A stretch of 64,000 nt of DNA from contig OX597835.1 of assembly GCA_951406725.2 (NCBI GenBank), forward strand, positions 20,026,001 to 20,090,000. The letters are read 5' to 3'. This DNA comes from Octopus vulgaris (taxonomy: Eukaryota). A program made the translations under genes and the position numbers. The stretch's first letter is position 1, and every line of letters begins with the position of its first letter. Below are positions 13,989 through 27,855 of the stretch, in pieces. The notes beneath the pieces were generated by a model, which worked only from the letters and a program-made list of their open reading frames with translations, had not been told where the DNA came from and made no database searches.

Positions 13989-13992
<4 letters not shown>
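13871..13992. repeat. TA-embedded dispersed repeat (other copies at 21183-21280 and 53882-54055)
   Basis: 13891-13985 is the reverse complement of about 53888-53979; AATTAGAGA(T/C)AAAAC is shared by all three copies. Confidence 0.75.
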
Positions 13993-14051
<59 letters not shown>

Positions 14052-14356
14052 AGTATGTATGTGTGTATGTATATATATATATATATATATGCATGTTTAG
14101 ATGGATATCTATGGACATCCCGATTTACCAGTTCAGCAAGTAATCATTTGTGTAACAAGGTGGTGGAGAGATGAAGACTGATACATATTTGTTATTGAAT
14201 TGTTGAAAAAAGATGGAAAGAGGCTTCACAACATATCGACGGGACAGAAAATTGCAGTGAAAAAAGCCCGAACGATACATCTAATATAAATTACATGCAT
14301 ACTTTGTCTTTCTTTCTCTCTCTGTCCTTCTAACCAACTATCTATGAACTTATCTA

Positions 14357-14409
<53 letters not shown>

Positions 14410-14451
14410 ATATAAATAAATATATATATATATAATACACACATACATACA

Positions 14452-14517
<66 letters not shown>

Positions 14518-15389
14518 GATAGATTTGAAGATATTGGTATATATATTGGTATATATAACACATGCATATATGGATTTACACGTATGTATATAGATATATA
14601 TGTGTACATTCCTATGCATATATATATATATATATACATACCAACATATAGAGAGAAATGCATACATTTACACATATGCATACATGTACGCACATGGGTA
14701 CATATATAAATGTGTGTGTGCGTTTGTGTGTGTGTAAATGTGTGACTGTGTTTGCGTTTGTTTGCATGTGTGAGTTAGCTTGTATGAAATGCATATAAAT
14801 GCGTTCAAAACATAATTATATATTTGTCATTCAAGTTAATGGAAATTTAAAAATGTAGATCGAAAAATATAATTCATGCTAGTAAAAAGTAACCGTTTAC
14901 GTCTTCCCACGCCGCATTGCGAACAGCTGACGAAATTATCAATATTTTATATTATATGAGAGATTCTTTTTCTCCAAAATCTGTCATAACTTACGTATTT
15001 TAACCAAACATCCACTTCCAAGAAACGTTGCTAGAGCAATATTGAGTAGAATTGAACGTTTCGTGTATCAGTGCATGTAATCCGCTTCAGGAACCTAATC
15101 TTAATTCTTGCCACGAAACTCTACAAAGCATTGCCTCGGTTTATAAAATCTTTGACATAAAGATTGCACTTCTTCACACCGAACTTTTGCTCTCAGCTCA
15201 GAATCCCCTAATGGTGGCCACTCGCGTCCGTGTAGGATTCACTAGCTGTTTTAAAATACACGTTATACGGGAAAATTTAGTGTATAAGTTTCAAATAAGT
15301 AGACATTATTTATCATTATTTTTATGGGCTCCTCGTGAGCAGTCGTCGAAAAGCTTGTTGTGCATTTTGTTGAAGAATTAAGTTCCTGG

Positions 15390-15475
15390 ATTTTCCTGAA
15401 GAGAAAGCTGCATAATGGACTCCTTATTCACTCGGAATTAGGGACTTTGCAGACTTCGAAACATATGTCGAAAAT
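15390..15475 (+). ncRNA. Type I minimal hammerhead ribozyme (Penelope-associated type)
   Basis: Stem I ATTTTC/GAAAAT; core CTGAAGA at 15396-15402; stem II GAA..CTGCA/TGCAG..TTC; GAAA at 15458-15461; palindromic ACATATGT; GTC cleavage triplet at 15467-15469. Confidence 0.75.
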
Positions 15476-15859
15476 AAAATAAAGGAACTTTGTTAAATCT
15501 TCGTTCAGCTCCATTCTTTCCTATACTTATTATATAAAACTTCAAATTCCGCACTAAGGCACGGATTTTATGCCATATGGTCGTAACTTCAACCGTGTTT
15601 TAAATTAATCCTGCATTATAATCTCCCTTCAAAATTTCGATCGTGAGATTATAGTTTGTATATTTTTGGAATGGCATTATGGAGTAAGGTGTAAGAGAAA
15701 GGATCTGGTCGGTTTCAACACAAAACAAGTAGCATATTTGGGCGAGATATGGCCGTTGTTAAACCTAAGGGGTTAAAGAATAAGAATTCGTACACAGTTT
15801 TCCATCTCATGTCCTGCTATGCCAGGAGGATTCACATTTGGACATAAACGCTCTGCATA

Positions 15860-16293
15860 CTCTCTCTTTTACTCTTTTACCCATTTACTCTTTTACATGT
15901 TTCAGTCATTTGACTGCGGCCATGCTGGAGCACCGCCTTTAGTCGAGCAAATCGACCCCGGGACTTATTCTTTGTAAGCCCAGTACTTATTCTATCGGTC
16001 TCTTTTTGCCGAACCGCTAAGTGAAGGGGACGTAAACACACCAGCATCGGTTGTCAAGCAATGCTAGTGGTACAAACACAGACACACAAACACACACACA
16101 TACACATATATATATATATATACATATATATGACCGGCTTCTTTCGGTTTCCCTCTACCAAATCCACTCACAAGGCATTGGTCGGCCCGGGGCTATAGCA
16201 GAAGACACTTGCCCAAGATGCCACGCAGTAGGACTGAACCCGGAACCATGTGGTTGGTTAGCAAGCTACTTACCACACAGCCACTCCTGCGCC
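15860..16293 (-). mobile_element. SINE A, full length
   Basis: Complete head-to-tail match to family A. Confidence 0.9.
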
Positions 16294-16821
16294 TGTGACT
16301 GTAATATGAATAAAATTTAGTTGCCATGAAAAATAGAAACTAATACCGGTATCACATTAAAGGATGAACTATAGAAACGAAGTGGACAATTGATAAGCAC
16401 ATCTTTTGAATAGTAACCGATAAGCATAAAAATATGTCCGTTTCTTACCTATTTTTATAGGAATCTATGTCTCAAGACGAATACCACAGATTTCACATTT
16501 TTTTCCTTTTGCCTGTCTTCCATATCTCTACGATACGCAAGAAATAGGCAATATTAATTTTTTATTCTAATCCTGATAACGTAGAATTTTTACCGAACCA
16601 GTTGGCTTTCATTTTTCTTTATTTATTTTATTTTTGGCGATACGGTTTCTTTGCTAAACCATTATTTTGGGGTAGGGTAGTACCTGTATTTATTAAGTAT
16701 TAAGGTAAATTTATTAAGCACTTAATAGTGAAAACTTGCCACTGATGACCCACAAGATCGCAAAAACCTAGATTTAGAAAATAACGTTGATCCTGCAACT
16801 ACCGACTCGTCCACAATCCTT

Positions 16822-16985
16822 AGCGGCATTTCGTCTGTGTCTACGTTCTGGGTTCAAATTCCGCCGAGGTCCACTTCGCTTTTTATCCTTTCGATGTCGA
16901 TAAAGTAAGTACTAGGTGAAAACTGGTGTCGATAACATTAAACTGCCCCGCTCCCCGAAGTTTGTGGCCTTTTGCTAATAATTAA
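16822..16985 (+). mobile_element. SINE C variant, diverged
   Basis: GTTCAAATTCCGCCGAGGTC...ATCCTTTCG..GTCGATAAA with the short GGCCTTTTGC tail. Confidence 0.7.
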
Positions 16986-17349
16986 AATCAGCGTTGGGTT
17001 TACCGTGGTTGGTTAGCAACGTATCAACCGAAGGCGTTTATCTATTAAACTTGGGCCCAAAATTCATTTGAGCTCAGTAATTCAATTACAATTTAAATTT
17101 AATATCGAAACTAACTGCTGCAAAGCAAGGTACCGAGTAAAATGAATATTGGTTCTGAAAACCTATTCTTCAATTCTCGAATAAAATTACCTACATATCC
17201 ATCTCTGCTATGACTATATTTATATGCCTCACCTAGGGTCCAGAGATGGCACTTCGCCCTCCACCATCTAACCCTCTGAGCTAATGAGAATTAAACATAT
17301 AATTTTCAACATCTTCCCACTTCCTCAATCTAGAAGTCCTACGTTCAAA

Positions 17350-18000
17350 CGATTTATAAACCCACCTTCACAAAAATAGAAGAGAATTCTGTGTAATAGA
17401 TAAGAAATATATGACGAATAGGCATTGAGGCAACAAAATAGTACAACGTTATAGGAAACTTCAATAATATTACTTGTGGCCAGAGCGAAGCTACAATGAG
17501 AATATGCTGGATGAAAATACGTGAAGAGAGAGTACTATCGAACATGATGAAATACAAATCCATCACCAAGAACAGTTTACTCCCAACCTACTGCAAGGTC
17601 ATAAAAGTGCATAAACCAGGACCAACTATAATAGTTAGAACTATTGTGTCTAGTATCAACGAACATTTCTTCAAAATATTTTGGCTTCTACCTAATATTG
17701 TCGAACCCCTATTTCAAACCTTTCCAGAGCATGTTTGAAGCATGAATAACGTCATCAACGAACTGAGAGATCTTCACGCATCCGTACTTAAAACAAATAA
17801 TTACATTTTTAGCTTGGATATTTATTTCTACACCAACGACCGCTTCCCGCCCCCCCCAAAAAAATAGCTATAAATTTACGTACTTAACACATTGCCCCTT
17901 TCATAACATCAATTGGTTTGTACACATTACTCCAGAGATCCGGGAATTCTGATAATTTATATTGAACAACACTGTATTCTTGTTCGACATATCCAATTTT
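17350..18000 (+). pseudogene. Decayed Penelope-like reverse transcriptase fragment
   Basis: LPTYCKVIKVHKPGPTIIVRTIVSS...LLPNIVEPL...FSLDI..FYTN...ILNNTVFLFD resembles the PLE RT motifs (PKIHK..RPIVS; FSLDVxSLYTN). Stops and frameshifts present. Confidence 0.7.
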
Positions 18001-18323
18001 ACAATTACATTTCTGGACTGATGACCGCGTGAAGCTCAACAGCTGACACTCCTAGTTCAGCTGAGAAAAGACAGCTAATCGTTGAAATCATATTAACGGT
18101 TTTAATTGTTCCCTTCAAGACGGCTAAATTGCAAGACCGCTTCACTCATTCTGGAGTTCAAAAGGTGATCAACAAACAACCCTTTTATATTACACATGCA
18201 AGTGTACAGAGAAATAAAACACCAGCAGAAACATATCACCATATATGTAAATTTTGATAAAACTGCTTACAACTATATATATATATATAAGGCAGGTGGA
18301 ATACAAACAAACAATTGTATTAG

Positions 18324-18356
<33 letters not shown>

Positions 18357-18436
18357 ATATATGTATGTATATATATGTATATATACATGTATATATATGC
18401 ATGTGTGTAGATATATATATATATACATATATATAT

Positions 18437-18614
18437 AATCAAAACAGCAACAAGGATATCCCGATGTAATGCAGTACCATCGTTTCATGCGACTCCATTT
18501 AATTGGACAACGCAATCATTGATGCAATGCAATGATTGCATTGTTCAATTAAATGGAGTCGTATTAAACGATCGTACTACAATACCTCTGGATATATTTT
18601 TGCTTATTTTGATT
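18437..18614. repeat. Long imperfect palindrome with arms of about 85 bp
   Basis: AATCAAAA...CGACTCCATTTAATTG...GCAATCATTG pairs with CAATGATTGC...CAATTAAATGGAGTCG...TTTTGATT across an 8-nt spacer. Confidence 0.85.
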
Positions 18615-18694
18615 TTAATTACCTTATTTTGAAATTGTCTGGATTATACCGTACTAAATTCTGGTTCTTCAACTTAAGTACCATATTGATCTGA

Positions 18695-18792
<98 letters not shown>

Positions 18793-18822
18793 AGGGAGAT
18801 AGATAGATAGATAGATAGATAA

Positions 18823-18871
<49 letters not shown>

Positions 18872-19453
18872 TAGATAGATGTGTATGTACATTTATCAAT
18901 ATACAAGGCCATGCATTGAAGCAGAAATGTTAAGTAAACATTTAAGTCGTCGAAACAACAGAAAATTTTAGCAAAGTTTAGTAATTGCATAATAAGTATT
19001 TACGAGACAACATAAATTCGAACCGAAGCCCACCATTGTATCAACAAGAAATTAAAACAAGAACAAAAACAGCCAGCCTTACCGTTGTGCAACATATGCA
19101 GTAGGTGTAATTAATTGTTCTGAATTTGTCATCGACAATTCTGAAGGGATTGGAATTAATAAACAGAGAAATAAACAATCTTTTGAAAAGTAATAAAATC
19201 AAGAACATCTCACAGCAGAATACAAATGTATTATTATTAGAGAAATAACAATAAAACGGGTAAAAAAAAAAAAATTCTGAAGAAGTAATAAAAAAGTATA
19301 GTGAAAGCACAAATTTTAAGAGATTTTCAAGAAAAATTTACGATTACGAATATATATATTTTAAATTATTTAATTTTACAAAGATCTACTTGCAGCGAAT
19401 AGCTATTTTCTGAATGTAAATATTAATGTATTCATGTGTGCGTCTGAATGTAT

Positions 19454-19489
<36 letters not shown>

Positions 19490-19520
19490 ATATATATATA
19501 TGCATATATATATGTATATA

Positions 19521-19693
<173 letters not shown>

Positions 19694-20193
19694 TTTTCTA
19701 TACATTTATATATACACATATAAGTTATGTGTTTATGACTGGAAGACTTCTTCAACTAACTATATTTTTGCAAAGAATTACGTGTGCTGTTTACAACTGT
19801 ATTGTGTATTTAGCATTTTTACAAGATTAAGAATATTAATCTCCTATTTATGAGATGCCGTTTATCCACTTGTGTATAAACACATATATATATATATATG
19901 TGTGTGTGAGTGTGTGTGTGTACAAATAACTCATAGACTCTCACATACACGCATACATTGAGATGAGAAATAATTGAGCGTATATTAATAGTAGGTGTGT
20001 TTATGTGTGCGTGTGATTCTGTCCAGGTTTCTGTTTGATTATATGGCGCTGTTTGTTTTCATATGCTGGGTGTTTGTGCATTGGCGTAGAAATGAGGTGA
20101 GCTAGAGATATGTACAAATACATTTAATGTAAGGAGTGTTACTGTGGAGATTTCAAGTCGGAATTTTAAATAAATAAATGAATATTTATATAT

Positions 20194-20274
<81 letters not shown>

Positions 20275-20287
20275 GCATGTCTATATA

Positions 20288-20321
<34 letters not shown>

Positions 20322-21137
20322 CTTATATGTGTACACGGGCACAGTCACCCCCACACCCCCACATATATAAACGTATATATATATGTGTGTGTGTGTGTGT
20401 GTATGTGTATACACACATAAACATGTATTTATGTTATTATGTGGACATAAATATCGTTCATAGACGCTTATTGCAAATAATAATTAGCTGGGAAATTTTA
20501 GAATGTAAACGTACCACCGATATAGTTTGCATGCATGTATCTCTCTACCTTTTCCTTTTTCTATCTCACTCTCTGTATTTCTCTCTCTCTCTCTCTCTCA
20601 CTCTCTCTCTATATATATGTATATATATATCCCATTCTCTATTTCTCGCTCTCTTTCCTCTCTTTGCCCCTAAATAATTACGTAGTTATATAAATATATA
20701 GGAATACGTATACATACATATTTTTATCTATACAGAGGGAAATCTGTATTTGAGAACATACAATTTTGCGTTTCAATACACAAGGATACATGAAATTATA
20801 TAATATTTGCGCGAACATACGTGATCTGCATGCAAGAATATTTCGCAATTTAGAACGTTTATGACATTATACTCAAACACACACACACACACACACTAAA
20901 TTGCGCGCATGTCCACCAGAATCTATATGCGTATACGTACTCATTCATGTATATATGTGTTTGTGTTTATGTATATGTACACACAGAAATACATATACAA
21001 AACCGCACACGTAGACATGTGCAGGCACGCACATACATACATACATATGCATATAAATATATATATATATGAGTGTGTGTGTGTGTGTGTGTATGCGTGT
21101 GTACAAATGTGCATGTGTGTGTATATATATGCGCGCG

Positions 21138-21179
<42 letters not shown>

Positions 21180-21274
21180 CATGAATTAGAGATAAAACCA
21201 TTATTATGTAACTCAAACAGTGATAGACAGAAATCAATACATAAATAACAAATAATATAAATATAATTAATATA

Positions 21275-21353
<79 letters not shown>

Positions 21354-21589
21354 CATATATATATATAGGCATGTTGACAACATTTCGAGGTTACGCCAAA
21401 AGGAGAGCGCGCGCGTGTATATATATATACACATATATATATATATATATTATAAGTAGAAAAATACAAACTGGGACAAGAACGTAAAACATTTAGAAGA
21501 CGATACAAAAGACACGGACGGGACATCCGAAGCCTTCAATCTTCAGTCAAGAATCGGATCATCCTAGCAATTTCGGCTGATTAATCTTG

Positions 21590-21703
<114 letters not shown>

Positions 21704-23054
21704 GCGCTGGCGCTGTTATCTTGGTGGAACCTCGAAATGTTTTCAACATAACCTCATAAACAATGTAAAGTAGAAACCAAACATGTTTGATAATATTTTC
21801 ACCCGCTTCCGCCCCCATCATCACTACGATGTATCCATCTTTTTTCAGTTATTTGTGCCGCTTATTCCATAACGTACTTACAACACCATTCAACATTCTT
21901 TTTCATTCAATTGAGATGACTTCTGAATGTTATTTCGTACTTACCAACTATTTTAAAGGTTTAACTCTCACCCTAAACTGCTCGAATATTCTGGAGCAAA
22001 ATTATTTTAACGCAGTTAACTATTCTTATTATGTATTTCAAAATATATTTACATGTTTCTATTCAGTTACAGGACCTAAATGTAGAGAGAGCGACTTGAC
22101 GTAGTGAAATACATATACGGTAGAATATTTCTTGGCATTTCGTAATTTAGCAAACATTTTATTTTCTTAAGTGTTTTGTACTTAAATACTTCGATGTTTC
22201 AAAAATTAAAGGTCATGTATTTTATCAAATCCAGACAGTTGCAAAAGGTTATATTATAAGACTATGTATTTGAGATCACATGACTTCAAACATAAATAGT
22301 TGTCAGAAATTATTGGCACAATCTTTTTCGTGCATCTACAAATTTTCTTAATTAGTAAGGAGAAAGCAATATATGACCCACTTCGTACTTACTTGATCAA
22401 CTTCTGCAATACATAGTATTATCCACACCTGTATTTATGATTTGAAATCTGTCCTCGGTGTTCAGATAATATACTAGTAATAATCACCTAAAGACACAAA
22501 ATTATTTTTGAATACATGTGTATGAAAATATCCATCAACATTTACAGGTACATAATTGTATTTTATGTATTTGTGAGTGGACAGGTTTTATCGTGTCTGA
22601 ATTTGCGCGTATGAGAATAGATACCCGCGTTTGGACATAAACTCATTGTTCATTATTATTTCTGTCAGGAATCAAGTTCATATTTTGAAAAATAATATTT
22701 CAGGATTCTTCGCCAAATGAAGTTGTCGAAACCTGGAGGCAAACTTGTGAATTAAAAGTTTGAGATAATCAAAATTCTTCCAAAGCATTTCAGTTGATAT
22801 AAATAGACGGGAAACTGCCAGGAGCTTTGAAATCAATTGAGTAAGATACATTATGTCCATGAATGTAATAATATTTTCTGCTGTAGGTACAAGGTCTGAA
22901 ATTTTGTGGGATTGAGCTTTGTCGATTATATTGAACCCAATGCTCTACGGATACTTATTTAATCGACACCGAAAGGATGGAGGGTAATTTGAACTAAACT
23001 TCACGAATTTGCTGGTCTTGTACCAGAATTTGAAATTACTATTATTGATTTAAA

Positions 23055-23371
23055 AACGATAAACGTCGCCCTTTTCAAGCCTAGCTAGGCTCATGGGTCT
23101 GCTTTTCCGGTTTCTGTGGCGTATGTGTTCCTCCCACCCAGCTGGACTGGACGCCAGTCCATCGCAGAGTTACTCAAGAAATAGGAAGAGAGAGTGAGAG
23201 AAAGTTGTGGCGAAAGAGTACAGCGAGAGTCGCTACCAGCCCCTGCCGGTGCCTCGTAGAGCTTTTAGGTGTTTTCGCTCAATAAACGCACACAACGCCC
23301 GGTGTGAGAATCGAAACCGCGATCCTCCGACCGCGAGTCTGCTGTTCTACCCACTGGGCGATTGCGCCACC
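23055..23371 (-). mobile_element. SINE B with GCGATGGACTGGCGTCC...GAAACCGG tail
   Basis: Head and body match 62944; tail matches 44246-44365. Confidence 0.85.
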
Positions 23372-23399
23372 ACATTATTAATTTAAATATGAGAAAGTC

Positions 23400-23617
23400 G
23401 GTGAACGAGAAGAATTGATAGCACGCCAAGCAAATTGCTTAGCGGCATTTAGGCCGTCTTCATGTTTTGAATTTTAAATCTCCCGAGGTAGACTTAGCCT
23501 TTGATCCTTTTCGCGTCGATGATATAAGTCCCAGTTGAGTACTGGGGGGTGGGTAGATTCGACTTAACCCCTTTCCCGAATTTACTGGCCTTTTGCCAAT
23601 ATTTGAAATCAATATTA
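23400..23617 (+). mobile_element. SINE C variant, diverged
   Basis: CCGAGGTAGACTTAGCCTTTGATCCTTT..GTCGAT followed by the GGCCTTTTGCCAATATTTGAAATC tail. Confidence 0.7.
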
Positions 23618-23787
23618 GTTAGTTAGTTAGTTAGTTAGTTAATTTGGCTCAAAAGCAAATAGCAAGGCCATGTAGGGGGACATGGAGTTAAGTACAGGGT
23701 GGTGTTCATGTAAAGAGTTCAGGCCACTTGAGGTCCAGGGAGGCTTTGAACAAAGCGGTCGTCGGCATCTTCACCATCTCGTCTGGC
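23618..23787 (-). mobile_element. CR1 3' end (about 170 bp) with TSD CAATATTA
   Basis: Near-identical to 11686-11857; CAATATTA at 23610-23617 and 23788-23795. Confidence 0.88.
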
Positions 23788-24413
23788 CAATATTAATTGT
23801 AATTACATTCATTACTACAACGACGAGGATTGTGAACCTGGCGCATTCTGTAGATCAATTTTTATTCTTTTTTCGAATGTGTTTCAACTTTCATTTCGCT
23901 GCCCCTTTTGAACCGGCAAAACTTTGAGAAGTAAGCAACTGTAATTATGAGGCCAACTGTCCAAGAAAAAAAAATCCAAAAGTATTTGTCTAGAAATATC
24001 TCATACTCGCCATTCGAATCAAAAACGAGCTCTGTGAGGTTAAGAGTAAACACCATGGAAGTGTTCTGCGAAAAAAGTTAACGTTGATGCTTTGATATAT
24101 TTTTCTTTCATTCTCTGATATCGTTTAATCACGAAGTTATATTCAGCTAAGATTTGTGTTCAAAAATTTCAGGCATTGCATTTCGTGAAAGTCTACCAAC
24201 CTACTTCATAACTAGACTAAAGGTGAGTGGATATAAACAGTTGCAAAATGTATGGAAGCACATAAGGAATATTTTAATATTTTAAATAGTAGCGATTTTA
24301 ACAATCGAAGTCGAAACGTAGATTTTACGCACACACAGATATATTTGATGGAGGGAAAAAATATATTTGTAAATCTCAATGTGTGAGTATGAATGTGCGT
24401 GTATATACATACA

Positions 24414-24457
<44 letters not shown>

Positions 24458-24517
24458 TACCTATGTGACACACTAACACACACACGCACGTACACGCACT
24501 CACACTCACACACACAT

Positions 24518-24562
<45 letters not shown>

Positions 24563-25189
24563 CATCTTTAGACACAAACTTAAAATAAGTTGAGCTTACT
24601 AGGTAATATAGTGGCGCAGTTCACAAAATATTCAATCCAGCAGAGATGACAAATGCAATTTGTTTGTTTAGCAATCATACATATGATCTACGTATTTGAT
24701 TATACAATTATATAAGGTTTCAAATATTTCCATCTCGAGGCAATATAAATATTTGTTAATCAAAGCAAACATGCTATAAACTCATTGCTGACATCTATAA
24801 GTTAGATGTCCAAGCTTCTCTAAGCAACTCCAAATGATGGAATGAAACTTTTTGTTAAAAACTGGCATGTATTAGTATAGAATACAGCTTCATTACATAT
24901 GAATAAAATATTGGTGCTAATATTTGAAAATATATGTCGAAAGGATTAACACTTATATGTCTATGATGCTCCACGAAATTTTCAAATGTCAGACTTACAG
25001 CACTTTTGTCACGTGCTACACATCGAAGGTCCGGAGAAGTCTTGTGATTCATGCGTCGCTCAACCGATATCCTACGATCGAACTGATTTTGATGTAAACT
25101 GCGTGGGATCATGTCTATCGAATCGTTCGATTTATTGTTTGCTTGTGGATCTACACGCATAGAAACAAGAACACACACACTCAGTAGCA

Positions 25190-25236
<47 letters not shown>

Positions 25237-25859
25237 TATGTATATAAAATTAATAAAGAGAACACATTTCAGAGGCCAGTGTTCATATTTACTTCATCCA
25301 TTTTAAATTGTCAGAATTCTCCACAATATACATATACACATGCATATATACATATGCATTCATATACACAAGGTATAGTAAAAATTCATCAGAATCAGTA
25401 AATATATAAATATATATAAATGTATAAACCTATAAATTTATTTTAAAAAATATAACTATATAAATACATAAGTGTACTTGCGACATTGAATATCCGTATT
25501 AAAATCAATGAGGAGGGTAAATGCGAAAGTTTTTGCATAACGATTTCAAGAGGAATCCTGAATAAGTAGAAAGTCTAACGGCCGTTTCGGGAATATATAG
25601 GTTGCTATGACCGAGCTAACTCCAACCAATTTTATAATCTTTATATATATATTTTCGTTTTTTTTTTCAATTTTAATATGTAAATGTATAACTATCTTTG
25701 CTTTTTTCTACTAGTGCACTGGCTATGTTATATTCTACCATACACACGTGGAGCTATTTAAATTATACTTCGTCTCGACCTGTTACCATTTTATAAACAT
25801 ATCCTTTTTTTTATAATGTTAATAGTTTACTGCACATATAGACGTGCATACACATTGAT

Positions 25860-26262
25860 ATACTCTTTACTCTTTTACTTGTTTCAGTCATTTGACTGCG
25901 GCCATGCTGGAGCACCGCCTTTAGTCGAGAAAATCGACCCCGGGACTTATTCTTTGTAAGCCCAGTACTTATTCTATCGGTCTCTTTTGCCGAACCGCTA
26001 AGTGACGGGGACATAAACACACCAGCATCGGTTGTCAAGCAATGCTAGGGCGACAAACACAGACACACAAACATATACACACACACTTATATATATATAC
26101 AACAGGCTTCATTCAGTTTCCGTCTACCAAATCCACTCACAAGGCAATGGTCGGCCCGGGGCTATAGCAGAAGACACTTACCCAAGGTGCTACGCAGTGG
26201 GACTGAACCCGGAACCATGTGGTTTGTTTAGCAAGCTACTTACCACACATCACTCCTGCGCC
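25860..26262 (-). mobile_element. SINE A, full length
   Basis: Complete match with a short internal microsatellite. Confidence 0.9.
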
Positions 26263-26785
26263 TATATGTCTGTCTGTTTTCTCTTTCGTCTGTCTCACTA
26301 TTATTATTACTGTTATTTTTCCCTTTTACAACTTGCTTGTAAATATCTGATTTTTCCCTATTTGCTCTTTTGTATTGACCCTTATTGTATCTTATTTTTA
26401 TTTATTTTATTAAACCTTTTTTGGACAGCTACAATACTGAGCGCTATTCAGTCTTTTCTCGCGAACGACATGATACGCACATTGGGGCGACTGATGGCAG
26501 CGGCGCCGGCAGAACAAGAACCAATCGAGTAGACGCTGTCGAGGAATGCCGACTCCGGGGTGCGGTAGCAACTGCAGTTGTGGCAGCGACCACGGTTCTA
26601 CTGGTCCCGTTATTTATAAACGGAGCACATAGCCGGTAGCATTTCTGACCGTTGCACTGTATGCCAGAGTAAAGGAGGAATGAAACGGAGCGCGGGTAGA
26701 AGGCAGGGGTAAGCATGACGGGCGAAATTGAAATGACGTTGTTCGCCCCGAATGTCTTTGCAATGTTAAACGGTTTTGCGATGAA

Positions 26786-27624
26786 GCGGCGAGCTGGCAG
26801 AAACGTTAGCACGCTGGGCGAAAAGCGTAGCCGTATTTCGTCTGTCGTTACGCTGTGAGTTCAAATAAGGCGGCGAGCTGGCAGAAACGTTAGCACGCCG
26901 GGCGAAATGCGTAGCCGTATTTCGTCTGTCGTTACGCTGTGAGTTCAAATAAGGCGGCGAGCTGGCAGAAACGTTAGCACGCCGGGCGAAATGCGTAGCC
27001 GTATTTCGTCTGTCGTTACGCTGTGAGTTCAAATAAGGCGGCGAGCTGGCAGAAACGTTAGCACGCCGGGCGAAATGCGTAGCCGTATTTCGTCTGTCGT
27101 TACGCTGTGAGTTCAAATAAGGCGGCGAGCTGGCAGAAACATTAGCACGCTGGGCGAAATGCGTAGCCGTATTTCGTCTGTCGTTACGCTGTGAGTTCAA
27201 ATAAGGCGGCGAGCTGGCAGAAACGTTAGCACGCCGGGCGAAATGCGTAGCCGTATTTCGTCTGTCGTTACGCTGTGAGTTCAAATAAGGCGGCGAGCTG
27301 GCAGAAACGTTAGCACGCCGGGCGAAATGCGTAGCCGTATTTCGTCTGTCGTTACGCTGTGAGTTCAAATAAGGCGGCGAGCTGGCAGAAACGTCAGCAC
27401 GCCGGGCGAAATGCGTAGCCGTATTTCGTCTGTCGTTACGCTGTGAGTTCAAATAAGGCGGCGAGCTGGCAGAAACGTTAGCACGCTGGGCGAAATGCGT
27501 AGCCGTATTTCGTCTGTCGTTACGCTGTGAGTTCAAATAAGGCGGCGAGCTGGCAGAAACGTCAGCACGCCGGGCGAAATGCGTAGCCGTATTTCGTCTG
27601 TCGTTACGCTGTGAGTTCAAATAA
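26786..27624 (+). repeat. Ten tandem 84-bp copies of the SINE C tRNA-like head
   Basis: Units start at about 26785, 26869, 26953 and every 84 bp to 27541; unit GGCGGCGAGCTGGCAGAAACG...GAGTTCAAATAA. Confidence 0.97.
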
Positions 27625-27855
27625 GGCGGCGAGCTGGCAGAAACGTTAGCACGCCGGGCGAAATGCGTAGCCGTATTTCGTCTGTCGTTACGTTCTGAGT
27701 TCAAATTCCGCCGAGGTCGACTTTGCCTTTCATCCTTTCGGGGTCGATAAATTAAGTACCAGTTACGCACTGGTATCGATGGAATCGACTTAATACCTAT
27801 GTATGTCCTTGTTTGTCCCATCTATGTTTAGCCCCTTGTGGGTAATAAAGAAATA
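27625..27855 (+). mobile_element. SINE C, full length (11th head, body and tail)
   Basis: A-box-like TGGCAGAAACGTTAGC and B-box GAGTTCAAATTCC; central GTCGACTTTGCCTTTCATCCTTTCGGGGTCGATAAA resembles the Deu/Nin-type SINE domain (from recall). TSD GGTTTTGCGATGAAGC at 26772-26787 and 27856-27871. Confidence 0.92.

Noticed and set aside
16051-16320. Recurrent 'MSSNARGTNTDTQ' ORFs (also at 26032, 41611 and 61048)
   Set aside because: Antisense frames of SINE A, not a gene family.
18012-18075. CTGATGA as a hammerhead core
   Set aside because: No correctly placed GAAA/UH and no stem I partner.
25572-25592. Minus-strand GAAACGGCCGTT palindromic half of a hammerhead
   Set aside because: No CUGANGA-like 5' half found nearby.
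26766-27821. 351-aa ORF with 28-aa repeats; also a CRISPR-like look
   Set aside because: It is the antisense reading of the 84-bp SINE-head array, which is a multiple of 3. The units are contiguous with no spacers.
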